Part shown: positions 43,891 through 52,923 of the stretch, piece after piece
How the letters are laid out: each line of letters starts with the position of its first letter
Numbering within the stretch: position 1 is the stretch's first letter
Source: a virus
Taxonomy: Duplodnaviria > Caudoviricetes
Reading direction: 5' to 3' (one strand)
Virus record (IMG/VR): IMGVR_UViG_3300043603_000010
Location: 26,648 to 90,647 of that record
DNA length: 64,000 nucleotides
Position numbers and translations under genes: made by a program
The notes under the pieces: generated by a model
The model's input: only the letters and a program-made list of their open reading frames with translations
What the model was told of the DNA's origin: nothing
Database searches by the model: none

Positions 43891-46464
43891 CTAATGTACG
43901 GCGAGAGTTTCCCGGCCGATCCGTAGCAGGTCAGCCAGCCTTTCAGGGGTCATCCCGGGGTCCGCCTTGGCGTCCCGGTACGCGGCGTTCGCGTCGTCCC
44001 GGTCCCGGAGCATACGGAACTTCTGCTCCCACCGGGACCAGTGCTCCCAGTCGTCCAGCGCGCTCCGGCCGGAGGCGACCAGGGCCGCCAGCCGCTCCGG
44101 GCCGACCTCCGGATCCGCCTTCGCCTCGCGCCACAACCGGTTCGCGTCCTCCTTCGTGCGCACCAGCGAGAACGAGACCTCCCAGCTCGGCAGACGGGGC
44201 TGGGAAGGCGCGGCCATCGCCATGACCTTCTCCGCCAGTGCCGCGACGGACGCCGGGGTCTCCGGCGGGACCGCCCGCAGTTCCGCAGCGCTGGCCACCC
44301 TGCCGACCTCCGCAGGAACCTCGGATGCGAACCCCAGTTCCGCGCGCACCTGTCCACGGTTCAGGACGGCCGGGGGCAGGTGCGCGTCCAGTTCGTCCTT
44401 GGCCTGCCGGGTCAGCGGCGCGTCCCGGGGGTCCCCGCCGTCAGCGCTCGGGGCGTACCCGGTGTCGCGCGGATCGGCGTCCGGACCGTCCACCGGGTCG
44501 GGGACGTCGATCAGCGCGAAGTCGACCTTGTTGCGGTTCAGCGCCCGGACGTCGGCGCACACCTGCGCGATGCGCCAGCCCTTGTCGATCGGGACGGTGT
44601 GCAAGGTGTCCCCGCGCCCGTCCTGCGGCATGTGGACCACGACGGCTTCGGTCTCACTGACCACGATGGGCCTCCCGTCCCCGTCGACGGGCCGGACCCA
44701 CTGCCAGTTCGCCGCGTCGATCTTGTCTCCCTCGCCGGTCCAGACGCAGACTCCGTTCTCGTTGAACCCGTGGGCGTAGACAGCCAACTGCGCAGCTATC
44801 TCATCCTTCCCCCAGGTCAGCTCGCCGGTCTTCTTGTCCACGATCAGGTGCACGCCATCCTCGGTCCTGCGCCAGACCTGGTCACCGCGCCCGGCCACCC
44901 TCATCCCGGGCAGCGCCGTGGTGAACTCGATCAGCGAGGGGACCACCTCGAACCCCGACGCCTCCACCAGGTCGCGGTACCGGCGCACGGCCGCGCGGTG
45001 CTCCTTCGGCACGGCGTCCACGGTGATCATCCCGGCGTCCACGTTCTCGGTGAACTTGTGCACCTGGGTACCGATGGACGACTTGCCCTGCTCCTTGGTC
45101 TTCGCCGCGTCCTTGGCCCGGCCCGCCAGCACGTTGAGCGCCTGCTTCTCGGTCTTGACCACGGTGGCGACGTCGAACCCGGCTACCCTGGCCTGCCGCA
45201 TCAGGGCTGAGACGGCTTCGCCGACCGAGCCGTCCCGGACCATGCCGACCAGGGCGCAGCGCAGTTCCCAGTCGAACAGCGCCCGGTGGTCGGACGCGGC
45301 CTTGACGAAGGTCGTGCACCTGCTGAACGCGGTCAGCTTGCCCGTCCTCGGGTGCGGCAGCCGGTACTGGTTGTTGCCGTTCATCGGCGCGGCGTCGGCC
45401 ACCCGGCGCGGCCGGACCTGCTTCGGCTGCGTCCGGCGCAGCTTCGCCAGGTCCTCCTCCGCCATGTCCTCCTGTATCCCGCAGCAGTCCTCGCTCTGGT
45501 ACTCGCCGTCCCCGGTGGCGCGGATCAGGGACCCCTCGGGGAACCACTCTCCGCAGGGGCCGCAGGTGCCGTCGTACGTCGCCCTGAAGTACGGCCCGGG
45601 ACCGGAGTCGTCCCCGGGGCCCGACCCGGCGAGGAACGCGGCAGCGTCGGCGTCCTGGTCACCGGAGACCACCGGCGCGGACCGCGTGCCCAGGAACGCG
45701 GCAGCGTCGGCGTCCTGGTCGGCCGCCGGAGAGCGCGGCGCCGTGGCACCGGAGCGGTCCAGGTTGTTGCGGAACGTCCTGTCGGTGCCGGACACGCGGT
45801 CTCCCTCGGGATCGGGGCGGTACTTCTGCTTCAGCGCGGCCACCTGCGGGGAGAGCTCCGCCGCCCGGGACAGGATGTCATCGGTGCTGACGACGGCGAA
45901 CGGGTCGGGAGCAGGTCCCTTCCGGGACGGCAGGGCGTCCAGTTCACTGCGCGGGTCGGCGCGGCGCCGGTCGATCTCCGCCTGCTGCTCAGGGGTGCGG
46001 CCGTCATCCGGCTGCTGGTCGGAGAACGGGTTGACTCCGGCCCAGGAGGGCTGGCGCCTGGGTCCGTCGTGGTCGTCCAGACCGTTCAGACCCACGTCCG
46101 GGCGCACGCCGTACTCGTCTGCCGCGTTGTCCACAGCGGCGGCCTGGGACCAGACCTCCTCCGGGACGTCCGGCGCGGCCAGCACTTCGCGGGCGTCGCG
46201 CAGGTCCTCCCGGGTCGGACGCGGGTCGTTGGCCGGGTGCTGCACGGCCCACTGCGCCATCTGGGCGTGGAAGTCGGCGTCACTCTCCTCCGGCAGCCGG
46301 ACCGGCAGCGGCGGCGTGTCGGCTTCCAGCGGGAGCGTGCTGCCGCCTCCGCAGGGGTTCTGCCGGGGCCCGTGGCTGCGCACCCGGCCGTTCTTCGTCA
46401 GGGTGATGTCGTCGCGCAGGCACACCCGGCAGGTGCCGGTGGGCTTGTCCGTCGTCTCGGTCAT
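43891..46464 (-). CDS. Cas4/RecE-like PD-(D/E)XK exonuclease with long N- and C-terminal extensions
   Basis: FSRCTT, IGTQVH, AGRGD..., IVDKKTG, AAQLAVYAHG nuclease motifs. Confidence 0.8.
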   Translation of the reverse strand: MTETTDKPTGTCRVCLRDDITLTKNGRVRSHGPRQNPCGGGSTLPLEADTPPLPVRLPEESDADFHAQMAQWAVQHPANDPRPTREDLRDAREVLAAPDVPEEVWSQAAAVDNAADEYGVRPDVGLNGLDDHDGPRRQPSWAGVNPFSDQQPDDGRTPEQQAEIDRRRADPRSELDALPSRKGPAPDPFAVVSTDDILSRAAELSPQVAALKQKYRPDPEGDRVSGTDRTFRNNLDRSGATAPRSPAADQDADAAAFLGTRSAPVVSGDQDADAAAFLAGSGPGDDSGPGPYFRATYDGTCGPCGEWFPEGSLIRATGDGEYQSEDCCGIQEDMAEEDLAKLRRTQPKQVRPRRVADAAPMNGNNQYRLPHPRTGKLTAFSRCTTFVKAASDHRALFDWELRCALVGMVRDGSVGEAVSALMRQARVAGFDVATVVKTEKQALNVLAGRAKDAAKTKEQGKSSIGTQVHKFTENVDAGMITVDAVPKEHRAAVRRYRDLVEASGFEVVPSLIEFTTALPGMRVAGRGDQVWRRTEDGVHLIVDKKTGELTWGKDEIAAQLAVYAHGFNENGVCVWTGEGDKIDAANWQWVRPVDGDGRPIVVSETEAVVVHMPQDGRGDTLHTVPIDKGWRIAQVCADVRALNRNKVDFALIDVPDPVDGPDADPRDTGYAPSADGGDPRDAPLTRQAKDELDAHLPPAVLNRGQVRAELGFASEVPAEVGRVASAAELRAVPPETPASVAALAEKVMAMAAPSQPRLPSWEVSFSLVRTKEDANRLWREAKADPEVGPERLAALVASGRSALDDWEHWSRWEQKFRMLRDRDDANAAYRDAKADPGMTPERLADLLRIGRETLAVH

Positions 46465-46691
46465 CCGTCCTCTCCTCTCACCAGTGCGTTGAACAGCTTG
46501 AACAGGATGTAGGGCCAGATCAGCAGCAGCTTGGCGGCGACCATCGGGAAGTCGTCCTCCAGCTGGTCCAGGATCAGGTCCGGATCCTCCTTGTAGTCGT
46601 GGGGCCACAGCCTGATCATGATGACCAGGACCAGGACGACCCCCAGCCACCCGACCAGCCAGGCGATCAGCACTTCTGCTACGGGGTTCAT
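46461..46691 (-). CDS. small membrane protein
   Basis: Two hydrophobic helices; AAGGAGAG RBS. Confidence 0.7.
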   Translation of the reverse strand: MNPVAEVLIAWLVGWLGVVLVLVIMIRLWPHDYKEDPDLILDQLEDDFPMVAAKLLLIWPYILFKLFNALVRGEDG

Positions 46692-46728
46692 GCTCTCCTT
46701 CTCCTTGGTCCGTCGTCGCGGGAGGCGG

Positions 46729-49251
46729 TCAGCCTCCCACCTTCCGCATGTGCCGGTCCATGGCCCGGCTGGCTTCGTGCACGGCTACCAGGTCGGAGAC
46801 CTGGCCCATGTTCATGAACGGCGTGATCTGATCGTTCAGGCCGATCCGGCGGGCCCGGGAGACCAGCGGCAGGGACGGCGGCTTGCGCTTCCAGGACGCG
46901 CCACGGCGCACGTTCAGGTCGGACATCTGGTCAGCCACCTCTTCCGCCCACGCCATCGCCAGACCCATCGGCAGGGCGCGGTGCTCGGTGTACACCGACT
47001 TCCCGGCCAGGTCGACGGTGATCACGTCCCACTGCCCGGGGAACTCCCGGGCGGGCCAGAGCGCGACGTGCCCAGCCGGAGTCGGGACGAACTGCACGCC
47101 CGCGTACGTCCGCAGCCAGTTCTGCGACGACGCGGCGAAGACGTCCAGGTCCCGCTGCTTGATGACGAACCGGACCGACCCGGCGGACACCGGGGCGTTG
47201 GAGCGCTCCTCCTGGGAGACGGCCGCCTCCATCAGCGTCTCGCCCTCGCGGACGGAGAGGACTTCGCCCTCCGACAGGTCCTCCAGGGTGGCCAGCGTGC
47301 CGCCGGTGCCGCCCAGCACCAGCAGCAGCGCGTCCTGCTTGCCCGGGTAGGGGCGCAGCGCGCGTCCGGCCATCTGCTGGAACAGCGGTGCCGACCGGGT
47401 CGGCCGGGCGATCACCGCGCAGTCGATCCACGGGAAGTCCGCGCCCTCGGTGAGGACGCCGACGTTCACGATGGCCTGGAGCGCGCCGGTCCGGGACGCT
47501 TCGTAGATCCGCTGGCGCTCGGGGTGCGGTGTCGTCCCGGTGACGGTGCCGCAGCCGATACCGACGGCAGCCAGCTCCCGGGCGACCGCTGCGGCGACCG
47601 ACACCAGCGGCGTGAACACGAGCATCCGGCGGTCCCGGGCGTGCTCCGCCACGGCGCGGGCGACGAACTTCGGCGCCTCCGCCTCCAGCATCGCCTCACC
47701 CAGCGCCCGGTCCTGGTAGTCCCCACCGGAGCGCTTCACACCGGACAGGTCCATCTCCATGCCGACGCCCACCGCGCGCACGTCGGCGAGGTAGCCGCGA
47801 GCGATCATCCACAGCACGGTCTTCCGGTACGCCACACCGTCCCAGGCGGAGCCCAGCCCGACACCGTCCCCGCGCGCCAGCGTGGCGGTGAAGCCGATGT
47901 TCCGCGCGCCGGGGAACGCTTCGCGGATCCGGACATATGAGCTTGAAATAGAATGATGGCAGTTGTGCACAACGGTTCCGCCGTTGATCAAGTAGGTGTG
48001 CGTGGTGTCCACTGCGATGTTGTAGACCAGACCGTTCGGACACACTCCTCCGTACGTTCCATCGCTTCCAGGTTCGAGAACCTCAACGTGATCCACCCCA
48101 AGGAAGCCAGGCGTGCGTCCCGGCGCTGATCCGATTTTTGGCGGGCCAGAGGACAGTGCGACCCCCCGTCCACTTCTACGCACACCTTCATCGCCGGGTG
48201 AGCGATGTCTGCTTTGTAGTGCCGGGGATGCTCCCCGTCGCCCGGCACTACTGTAACTTCCGTCGGCCACCCCAGCAGGGACGCCAGCTTGGCCTGAGCC
48301 TCCGGCAGCGGCTTCCCGTTCCCACCTTGTACGGACGGCTTGTGCTCGATACTCCGGAGAGTTGCCGCCATTTTGGCCCGCGTCTCCGGAGAGTGCATGG
48401 GGTTCTTCCGGCGCATCCGCTCCGACGCGTACTTCTGGTTGGTCCTGGCCATCCGTTCGGACGATGCCCGGCGCACCCATGTGTCTCGGCACGCATCCGA
48501 GCAGTACGTCCGCCCTCTGCTCCGATAGCTGTCGATCTTCGATTTGCTGATCAGAGTTACCTGAGAACCGCACTCCGTGCACACTGCTTCTATCGGCGTT
48601 CGCGTCATGTGCAAACGATAGCACCCGGACACCATTCGAAAGCTCCCCGGCCTGACGCCAACCTGCGGCAGTCATCACCGGGTGATTCGGCGTACACACG
48701 AAGAACGATCCATTGCCCAGAGTGACTCGGACCAGGGCGGACGGCCGCTTGTGCATGGTCTGGGTCACATACCGCGATTCCCGCAGACCGGTCGCTTCGT
48801 TGTACGACGGCACCAGATCCCCGACCCGCAACATCTCGATCGGAACGTCCCCGACCAGAGTTCCCGCCGGGAAGCACTCGTCATGGACGACCATGCCGAA
48901 CTCCCCGGCGTCCACCAGCTTCCTCAGCCGGGCCGCGCGGGACGCGGTCTGCACGCTGGCGACCACGACCGGCGCGGCCACGTCGTCGTCCTTCGCCTGG
49001 ACCCGGCCGACGGTCAGGTGCGGCGCCACCCGGAGCAGCTTGTCCACGGTCTGCCGGGCCAGTTCGTCCCGGTGGACCAGGACCAGGGTGCGCCCGCCGG
49101 TGCTGTCGGCGTACTCCTTGACCAGGTGGGACAGGACGACGGTCTTGCCCGCGCCGGTCGGCAGCACGACGGCCGGACGGACCAGGTCGGACGCGGTCAC
49201 CGCGTCCACGCATTCGCGCTGGTAGGGCCGCAGGGGGAGCAGGTCACTCAT
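46729..49251 (-). CDS. SF2 (DEAD/DEAH-like) helicase containing an intein
   Basis: LRPYQ, LPTGAGKT, VVHDE|C...HN|CHH, GFTAT, NVGVLTEGADFP, QQMAGRALRP; true start ATG 49251. Confidence 0.92.
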   Translation of the reverse strand: MSDLLPLRPYQRECVDAVTASDLVRPAVVLPTGAGKTVVLSHLVKEYADSTGGRTLVLVHRDELARQTVDKLLRVAPHLTVGRVQAKDDDVAAPVVVASVQTASRAARLRKLVDAGEFGMVVHDECFPAGTLVGDVPIEMLRVGDLVPSYNEATGLRESRYVTQTMHKRPSALVRVTLGNGSFFVCTPNHPVMTAAGWRQAGELSNGVRVLSFAHDANADRSSVHGVRFSGNSDQQIEDRQLSEQRADVLLGCVPRHMGAPGIVRTDGQDQPEVRVGADAPEEPHALSGDAGQNGGNSPEYRAQAVRTRWEREAAAGGSGQAGVPAGVADGSYSSAGRRGASPALQSRHRSPGDEGVRRSGRGVALSSGPPKIGSAPGRTPGFLGVDHVEVLEPGSDGTYGGVCPNGLVYNIAVDTTHTYLINGGTVVHNCHHSISSSYVRIREAFPGARNIGFTATLARGDGVGLGSAWDGVAYRKTVLWMIARGYLADVRAVGVGMEMDLSGVKRSGGDYQDRALGEAMLEAEAPKFVARAVAEHARDRRMLVFTPLVSVAAAVARELAAVGIGCGTVTGTTPHPERQRIYEASRTGALQAIVNVGVLTEGADFPWIDCAVIARPTRSAPLFQQMAGRALRPYPGKQDALLLVLGGTGGTLATLEDLSEGEVLSVREGETLMEAAVSQEERSNAPVSAGSVRFVIKQRDLDVFAASSQNWLRTYAGVQFVPTPAGHVALWPAREFPGQWDVITVDLAGKSVYTEHRALPMGLAMAWAEEVADQMSDLNVRRGASWKRKPPSLPLVSRARRIGLNDQITPFMNMGQVSDLVAVHEASRAMDRHMRKVGG
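47962..48876 (-). mobile_element. intein (305 aa) inserted in helicase motif II
   Basis: N-terminal CFPAGTLV, block B CTPNHPVMT, block F VYNIAV...HTY, C-terminal VVHN followed by Cys. Confidence 0.93.
47988..48608 (-). CDS. Vsr/DUF559-like endonuclease nested out of frame within the intein
   Basis: CTECG...YCSDAC Zn motif, NPMHSPETRAKMA (NUMOD3-like), YKADIA...VEVDGGSH...DARLASLGWITLRFSN. Confidence 0.88.
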   Translation of the reverse strand: MTRTPIEAVCTECGSQVTLISKSKIDSYRSRGRTYCSDACRDTWVRRASSERMARTNQKYASERMRRKNPMHSPETRAKMAATLRSIEHKPSVQGGNGKPLPEAQAKLASLLGWPTEVTVVPGDGEHPRHYKADIAHPAMKVCVEVDGGSHCPLARQKSDQRRDARLASLGWITLRFSNLEAMERTEECVRTVWSTTSQWTPRTPT

Positions 49252-49711
49252 CGCTGTCCTCCGGATGCTCCGAGACCCAGGTGCGCACGGCCTGTTCCAG
49301 CGCACGCATCCCGGCCAGTGCCTTCTCCCGGTACTCCAGGCCCTCCGGGGACTGCTCCTTGACCTTCTGGTTCGCTGCCAGCTGCGCGTTCCACACCATC
49401 CGGCGAGTGATCCGGTCCACGTCCCGGGCCAGGCTCCCCACAGCGTCCAGCCAGTCGGGGTCCACCGGGTTCCAGTACGGCGGAGGGACGCTGAGCGCGT
49501 GCTCAGCGGCTGTCTCCTTGCGCTGGTGCCGCACCGTCGTGAACTCCCCGACCACGGACCCGCATCCACACCCCTGCGGGTACCTGCGGTCCGCGTTGGG
49601 GCGCTTCCAGCCGCAGCGTGAGCACGTCCAGTGTGCGCAGACCGTGCACATGTGCGCGGACCAGTCGGTCCGCCGGGTCAGCCGTGGCTGCCGCCAGTAG
49701 TCCTCAGCCAT
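49244..49711 (-). CDS. hypothetical protein with Cys-rich N-terminal domain
   Basis: CTVC..WTCSRC...GCGC. Confidence 0.6.
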   Translation of the reverse strand: MAEDYWRQPRLTRRTDWSAHMCTVCAHWTCSRCGWKRPNADRRYPQGCGCGSVVGEFTTVRHQRKETAAEHALSVPPPYWNPVDPDWLDAVGSLARDVDRITRRMVWNAQLAANQKVKEQSPEGLEYREKALAGMRALEQAVRTWVSEHPEDSDE

Positions 49712-50063
49712 CCGAGGCCAGCTCCTGCGGCGCACCGGCGGGACGGCTGTCGATGTCGGCGATCCAGGCGAACCCGACGGCGATCACCTGGAGCAGTTCG
49801 GTACGCAGCCGGACCGGGTCGGACTCCGCATACGCTTCATGGACTTCTTCGTCCAGGATCAGGCGCCAGTCGACCCGGCCGCCACGGGCCGCCGTCTGGC
49901 AGGTGCTCCGTGCCAGGTCGGCGTCCCGCGCGAACTGCTCACCGCCGGTGCCGTCGGGGTGGTGCTGGTCGCCGAACTTCGCGATCTGGCGCGCCCTCTC
50001 GTCGTCGACCTCCTCAGCCAGCGGGCCGACTCCGGGGGTGCGGAACAGGAACGGGTAGCTCAT
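49704..50063 (-). CDS. MazG-like nucleotide pyrophosphohydrolase
   Basis: ILDEEVHEA...ELLQVIAV EExxE/ELxQ pattern. Confidence 0.6.
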   Translation of the reverse strand: MSYPFLFRTPGVGPLAEEVDDERARQIAKFGDQHHPDGTGGEQFARDADLARSTCQTAARGGRVDWRLILDEEVHEAYAESDPVRLRTELLQVIAVGFAWIADIDSRPAGAPQELASDG

Positions 50064-50093
50064 CGGTGCTCTCCTTGTCCTCGTGGTGCGCGG

Positions 50094-50420
50094 TCAGAGC
50101 AGGAACAGCTGGTGGACCCAGACAGCGGTGACCGCCAGTACGGCGGTGAACAGCAGGCCGCAGACGATGCCCCTGAAGACGTTCCGGTCCGGCTCGCGGA
50201 CCGCCGCACTGGCGGTCCGGATCATGACCAGGTTCAGGTCCAGGAAGGCACGGCAGTCCGGGCAGCTGACGCAGGACGGGGAGACGCGGGGCAGCTCCGG
50301 TACGTCCTCGTAGAGCAGCTCCGAGCAGACCGGCCACTCCTGTGACCCTCCGTCCAGGGTGAAGACCGCGTGCGCGCGGCCCCACCGGTCCATGACGGCA
50401 GCAGTGCTCCAGGCGCTCAT
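50094..50420 (-). CDS. membrane-anchored Cys-containing protein
   Basis: H...C...VSCPDC; C-terminal TM helix. Confidence 0.55.
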   Translation of the reverse strand: MSAWSTAAVMDRWGRAHAVFTLDGGSQEWPVCSELLYEDVPELPRVSPSCVSCPDCRAFLDLNLVMIRTASAAVREPDRNVFRGIVCGLLFTAVLAVTAVWVHQLFLL

Positions 50421-50758
50421 GCGGCGGCCACCCACTGCGCCAGGGCGCGCCGTCCGGCGCGGCGCCGGTCCACGGGCCGGATCCGGAGCGCACGGCGGAA
50501 CGCGGTGACCGTCCGCGCGGTGGCTTCCGGCCGGGTCCAGGTGAACCAGTTCAGCGCGTACAGCGCGGCGTAGAACGACGTGCCGAGCAGCAGGCCGGGC
50601 TGCCCCACGCCGTACAGGGCGTAGACCGCCCACAGGACCTGCGTCCCCAGGCCCATCAGCCAGCCGACGGCCAGCTTGCGGCCGATCACGAACTGCCCGG
50701 CCAGGCTGACCGGGAACAGGCAGTACTGGAGTGCGACGGACAGGAACCAGTGCAGCAT
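50417..50758 (-). CDS. membrane protein (PnuC-like fragment)
   Basis: IGRKLAVGWLMGLGTQVLWAVYA...NWFTW; three TM helices. Confidence 0.55.
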   Translation of the reverse strand: MLHWFLSVALQYCLFPVSLAGQFVIGRKLAVGWLMGLGTQVLWAVYALYGVGQPGLLLGTSFYAALYALNWFTWTRPEATARTVTAFRRALRIRPVDRRRAGRRALAQWVAAA

Positions 50759-50759
50759 G

Positions 50760-51059
50760 TCAGTCCTCCCAGGTGACAGCGGCGAACTCGGACAAGTCTT
50801 TGCGGTAGGTGTCCACGGTGTAGCCCATCCGGGCCTCAACCTCGCCCTGAACGCAGTACAGCCAGACTTCGGGCCCTTCGTCCGCACTGCCGCCAGCGCG
50901 GAACACGTGCTGGACACGGTCCACGACGAAGCCATGCGCGAGATCGAAGTGGATCTCCTCCTCCGGGCGGGGAAGCGGACTGTCCGCGAGTTCGATGAAG
51001 AACTCCAGACTGTCCTCTTCGTCCGGCAGCTCCACCGAGATGTTGACCAGAACCTTCAT
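50760..51059 (-). CDS. acidic hypothetical protein
   Basis: AAGGAGG RBS. Confidence 0.6.
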   Translation of the reverse strand: MKVLVNISVELPDEEDSLEFFIELADSPLPRPEEEIHFDLAHGFVVDRVQHVFRAGGSADEGPEVWLYCVQGEVEARMGYTVDTYRKDLSEFAAVTWED

Positions 51060-51064
51060 GGGAA

Positions 51065-51316
51065 TCAGTCCTCCTTGATCACGATGTGCCAGTAGAGCCA
51101 GGCGAGGAACGCACCGAAGGCCCACCGGCGCGGCGCTCCGTGCCAGGACGCGCAGCGGGCCCCGGCCACCCAGCGGGCCACGTTGGTCAGCGGTGCCATC
51201 CGCTTCGTGCGCAGCGCGCAGTACTCGCCGACGCCGAACAGCGCCAGCCAGCCGAGCCAGACGGCGCGGGACCCGGACTCCTCATGGCGGGTGAGCACCG
51301 CCAGGGCCGGGCTCAC
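51065..51316 (-). CDS. membrane protein
   Basis: GTGA coupling; two hydrophobic segments. Confidence 0.6.
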   Translation of the reverse strand: MSPALAVLTRHEESGSRAVWLGWLALFGVGEYCALRTKRMAPLTNVARWVAGARCASWHGAPRRWAFGAFLAWLYWHIVIKED

Positions 51317-51729
51317 CGGTTCTCCAGAGCGGTGCGGTAGTTCTTCCGGCACGTCTCCAGGGTGTCGGCCGACGGGACCCAGAGCCGCAGCTTCCCGGTG
51401 GCCGGGACCGGGTCGACAGCGACCACGCGGTCCAGCACCCAGTGGAAGCCGCCGGGCCCGCCCCACGGGGCGCAGCAGCCGTCGGCCGGGTGCACGTCGA
51501 CCCAGGACGCCCACGCCACGACGGCGCCGTGCGCCATCGGGCCGGTGTAGTCCTCCAGCGCGTTCCAGGCGTGCGGGCAGGTCCGCGCCACGGGGTCCCA
51601 CGCCATTCCGGCGTGGATGAGCAGGGGTCCGTCGAAGGACGCCGACGGGCGCCAGCTGCGGTTCTCCACCGGCTTGACTCCGGCTGCGGCGAGTGCGGCC
51701 CACGGCTGTTTCAGGGTGAGCGCGCGCAC
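51313..51729 (-). CDS. ASCH-domain protein
   Basis: RALTLKQPWA...GVKPVENRSW...LLIHAG...GKLRLW. Confidence 0.88.
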   Translation of the reverse strand: MRALTLKQPWAALAAAGVKPVENRSWRPSASFDGPLLIHAGMAWDPVARTCPHAWNALEDYTGPMAHGAVVAWASWVDVHPADGCCAPWGGPGGFHWVLDRVVAVDPVPATGKLRLWVPSADTLETCRKNYRTALENR

Positions 51730-51742
51730 GGTGCAGTACTCC

Positions 51743-52117
51743 TCAGGGTCGACCGGCACCGGGCACCTCCCGGGCGTACAGCCGGTCGCAGCGGACCAGC
51801 ACGGACGCGGTGGACGTCAGTCCTTCCAGGTCGACCGGCGCGCCGGTGACGGCGTCCGCCGCGTGGACGCTGATCCGGACGACTTCGTCCCAGCGGTGGA
51901 CCGGGCAGTCCACGGACAGCAGGACCAGGTGGGTGTCCGGACCGCCTTCCGGCGGCCTGAAGACCGTTCCGGACTCCTGCGAGCAGATCCGCGCCGTGGT
52001 CCAGCTCTGCGTCTGGCGCCGGTGCGTGGGGAAGAACGGGACGCGCACCGGCGCCATGCCGTAGACCTGCGGCAGGTACCGGCTGTCGGTCTCTCCTCTG
52101 TCGAGCGCATGTGTCAT
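51743..52117 (-). CDS. hypothetical protein (start uncertain)
   Basis: First ORF after the leftward promoter. Confidence 0.5.
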   Translation of the reverse strand: MTHALDRGETDSRYLPQVYGMAPVRVPFFPTHRRQTQSWTTARICSQESGTVFRPPEGGPDTHLVLLSVDCPVHRWDEVVRISVHAADAVTGAPVDLEGLTSTASVLVRCDRLYAREVPGAGRP

Positions 52118-52182
52118 AGAAAGATTATGTCATACAGCGCAGAAGATAGTCAATGAGCGTAGCTTGTTGTATGCTGAGGGCA
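52110..52182. promoter_or_regulatory. divergent promoter region between the two arms
   Basis: - strand TTGACT (52148-52153)-18 bp-CATAAT (52124-52129); + strand TATGCT (52170-52175) 6 nt before ATG 52182; TGTCATA direct repeats at 52112 and 52128. Confidence 0.7.
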
Positions 52183-52430
52183 TGACTGAGACACGAGAGA
52201 GCACGTCGGGCGCGGAAGCTCCCCCCGGCGACCTGGTCCCGATCCGGGAAGCGGTGGAGATCGCGGGGGTGTCCCGGCGCACCCTTGAGAACTGGATCAA
52301 CGCCGGTCTCCTGGACAAGTACGTGAGGGACCTGAACCGCACCTACGTCAGCCGGGGCCAGCTGCTTGAGCTGCGGACCCCGCGCAAGGTGCTCCCGGAG
52401 GCGGGGCAGGTAGTACCGTCCGAGGACTGA
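52182..52430 (+). CDS. HTH DNA-binding protein (excisionase/MerR-like)
   Basis: IREAVEIAGVSRRTLENWINAGLL. Confidence 0.8.
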   Translation: MTETRESTSGAEAPPGDLVPIREAVEIAGVSRRTLENWINAGLLDKYVRDLNRTYVSRGQLLELRTPRKVLPEAGQVVPSED

Positions 52431-52467
52431 CCCACGCCCTGAACGACCGACCGAGGAGGGGCGGCAG

Positions 52468-52923
52468 ATGATCAAGCCTATCGAGACGCGTTACGCGGGG
52501 TGCCGCTTCAGGTCCCGGCTGGAAGCCAGAGTGGCCGTCCTGCTGGACGAACTGGGTGCGGCCTGGGAGTACGAGCCGCAGGGCTTCGCCACCGATGCGG
52601 GGCCCTACCTGCCCGACTTCCTGGCGGCGCTGGACGGCGGCGGTGCGTGCTGGATCGAGGTCAAGGGGAAGGACGCGCCCACCGAGCGGGAGTTCGCCGT
52701 GGCGCGCGAAGTGGAGGCCGGGACGGGATCACGGCTGGTCTTCCTGTGCGGGGACCTGCCCCGGGAGTGCACCGAGGACGGCGGGGAGGGCTGCCTTCCC
52801 GCGCTGCGCACCGACGGCTCGCCGACGCTGCTGTGCTTCGACGGTGCCGACGCGGCACGGATGGACGCGGCGCTGTCCACAGCGCGCAGTGCCCGGTTCG
52901 AGCACGGGGAGCACGGCCGGTGA
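52468..52923 (+). CDS. PD-(D/E)XK-type endonuclease-like protein
   Basis: FRSRLEAR...WEYEP...YLPDFL...WIEVKG. Confidence 0.75.
   Translation: MIKPIETRYAGCRFRSRLEARVAVLLDELGAAWEYEPQGFATDAGPYLPDFLAALDGGGACWIEVKGKDAPTEREFAVAREVEAGTGSRLVFLCGDLPRECTEDGGEGCLPALRTDGSPTLLCFDGADAARMDAALSTARSARFEHGEHGR

Noticed and set aside
45631-45720. Duplicated DQDADAAAFL segment (29 bp, 60-bp period) in the exonuclease N-terminal region
   Set aside because: Simple local duplication in a disordered linker
43891-46464. Cas4-like nuclease as evidence of a CRISPR system
   Set aside because: Solo Cas4/RecE-like exonucleases next to SSB are ordinary actinophage recombination genes; no array or other cas genes
49252-49569. 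N-terminal extension of the helicase given by the ORF track
   Set aside because: Overlaps the upstream gene; homology-like sequence and RBS begin at ATG 49251
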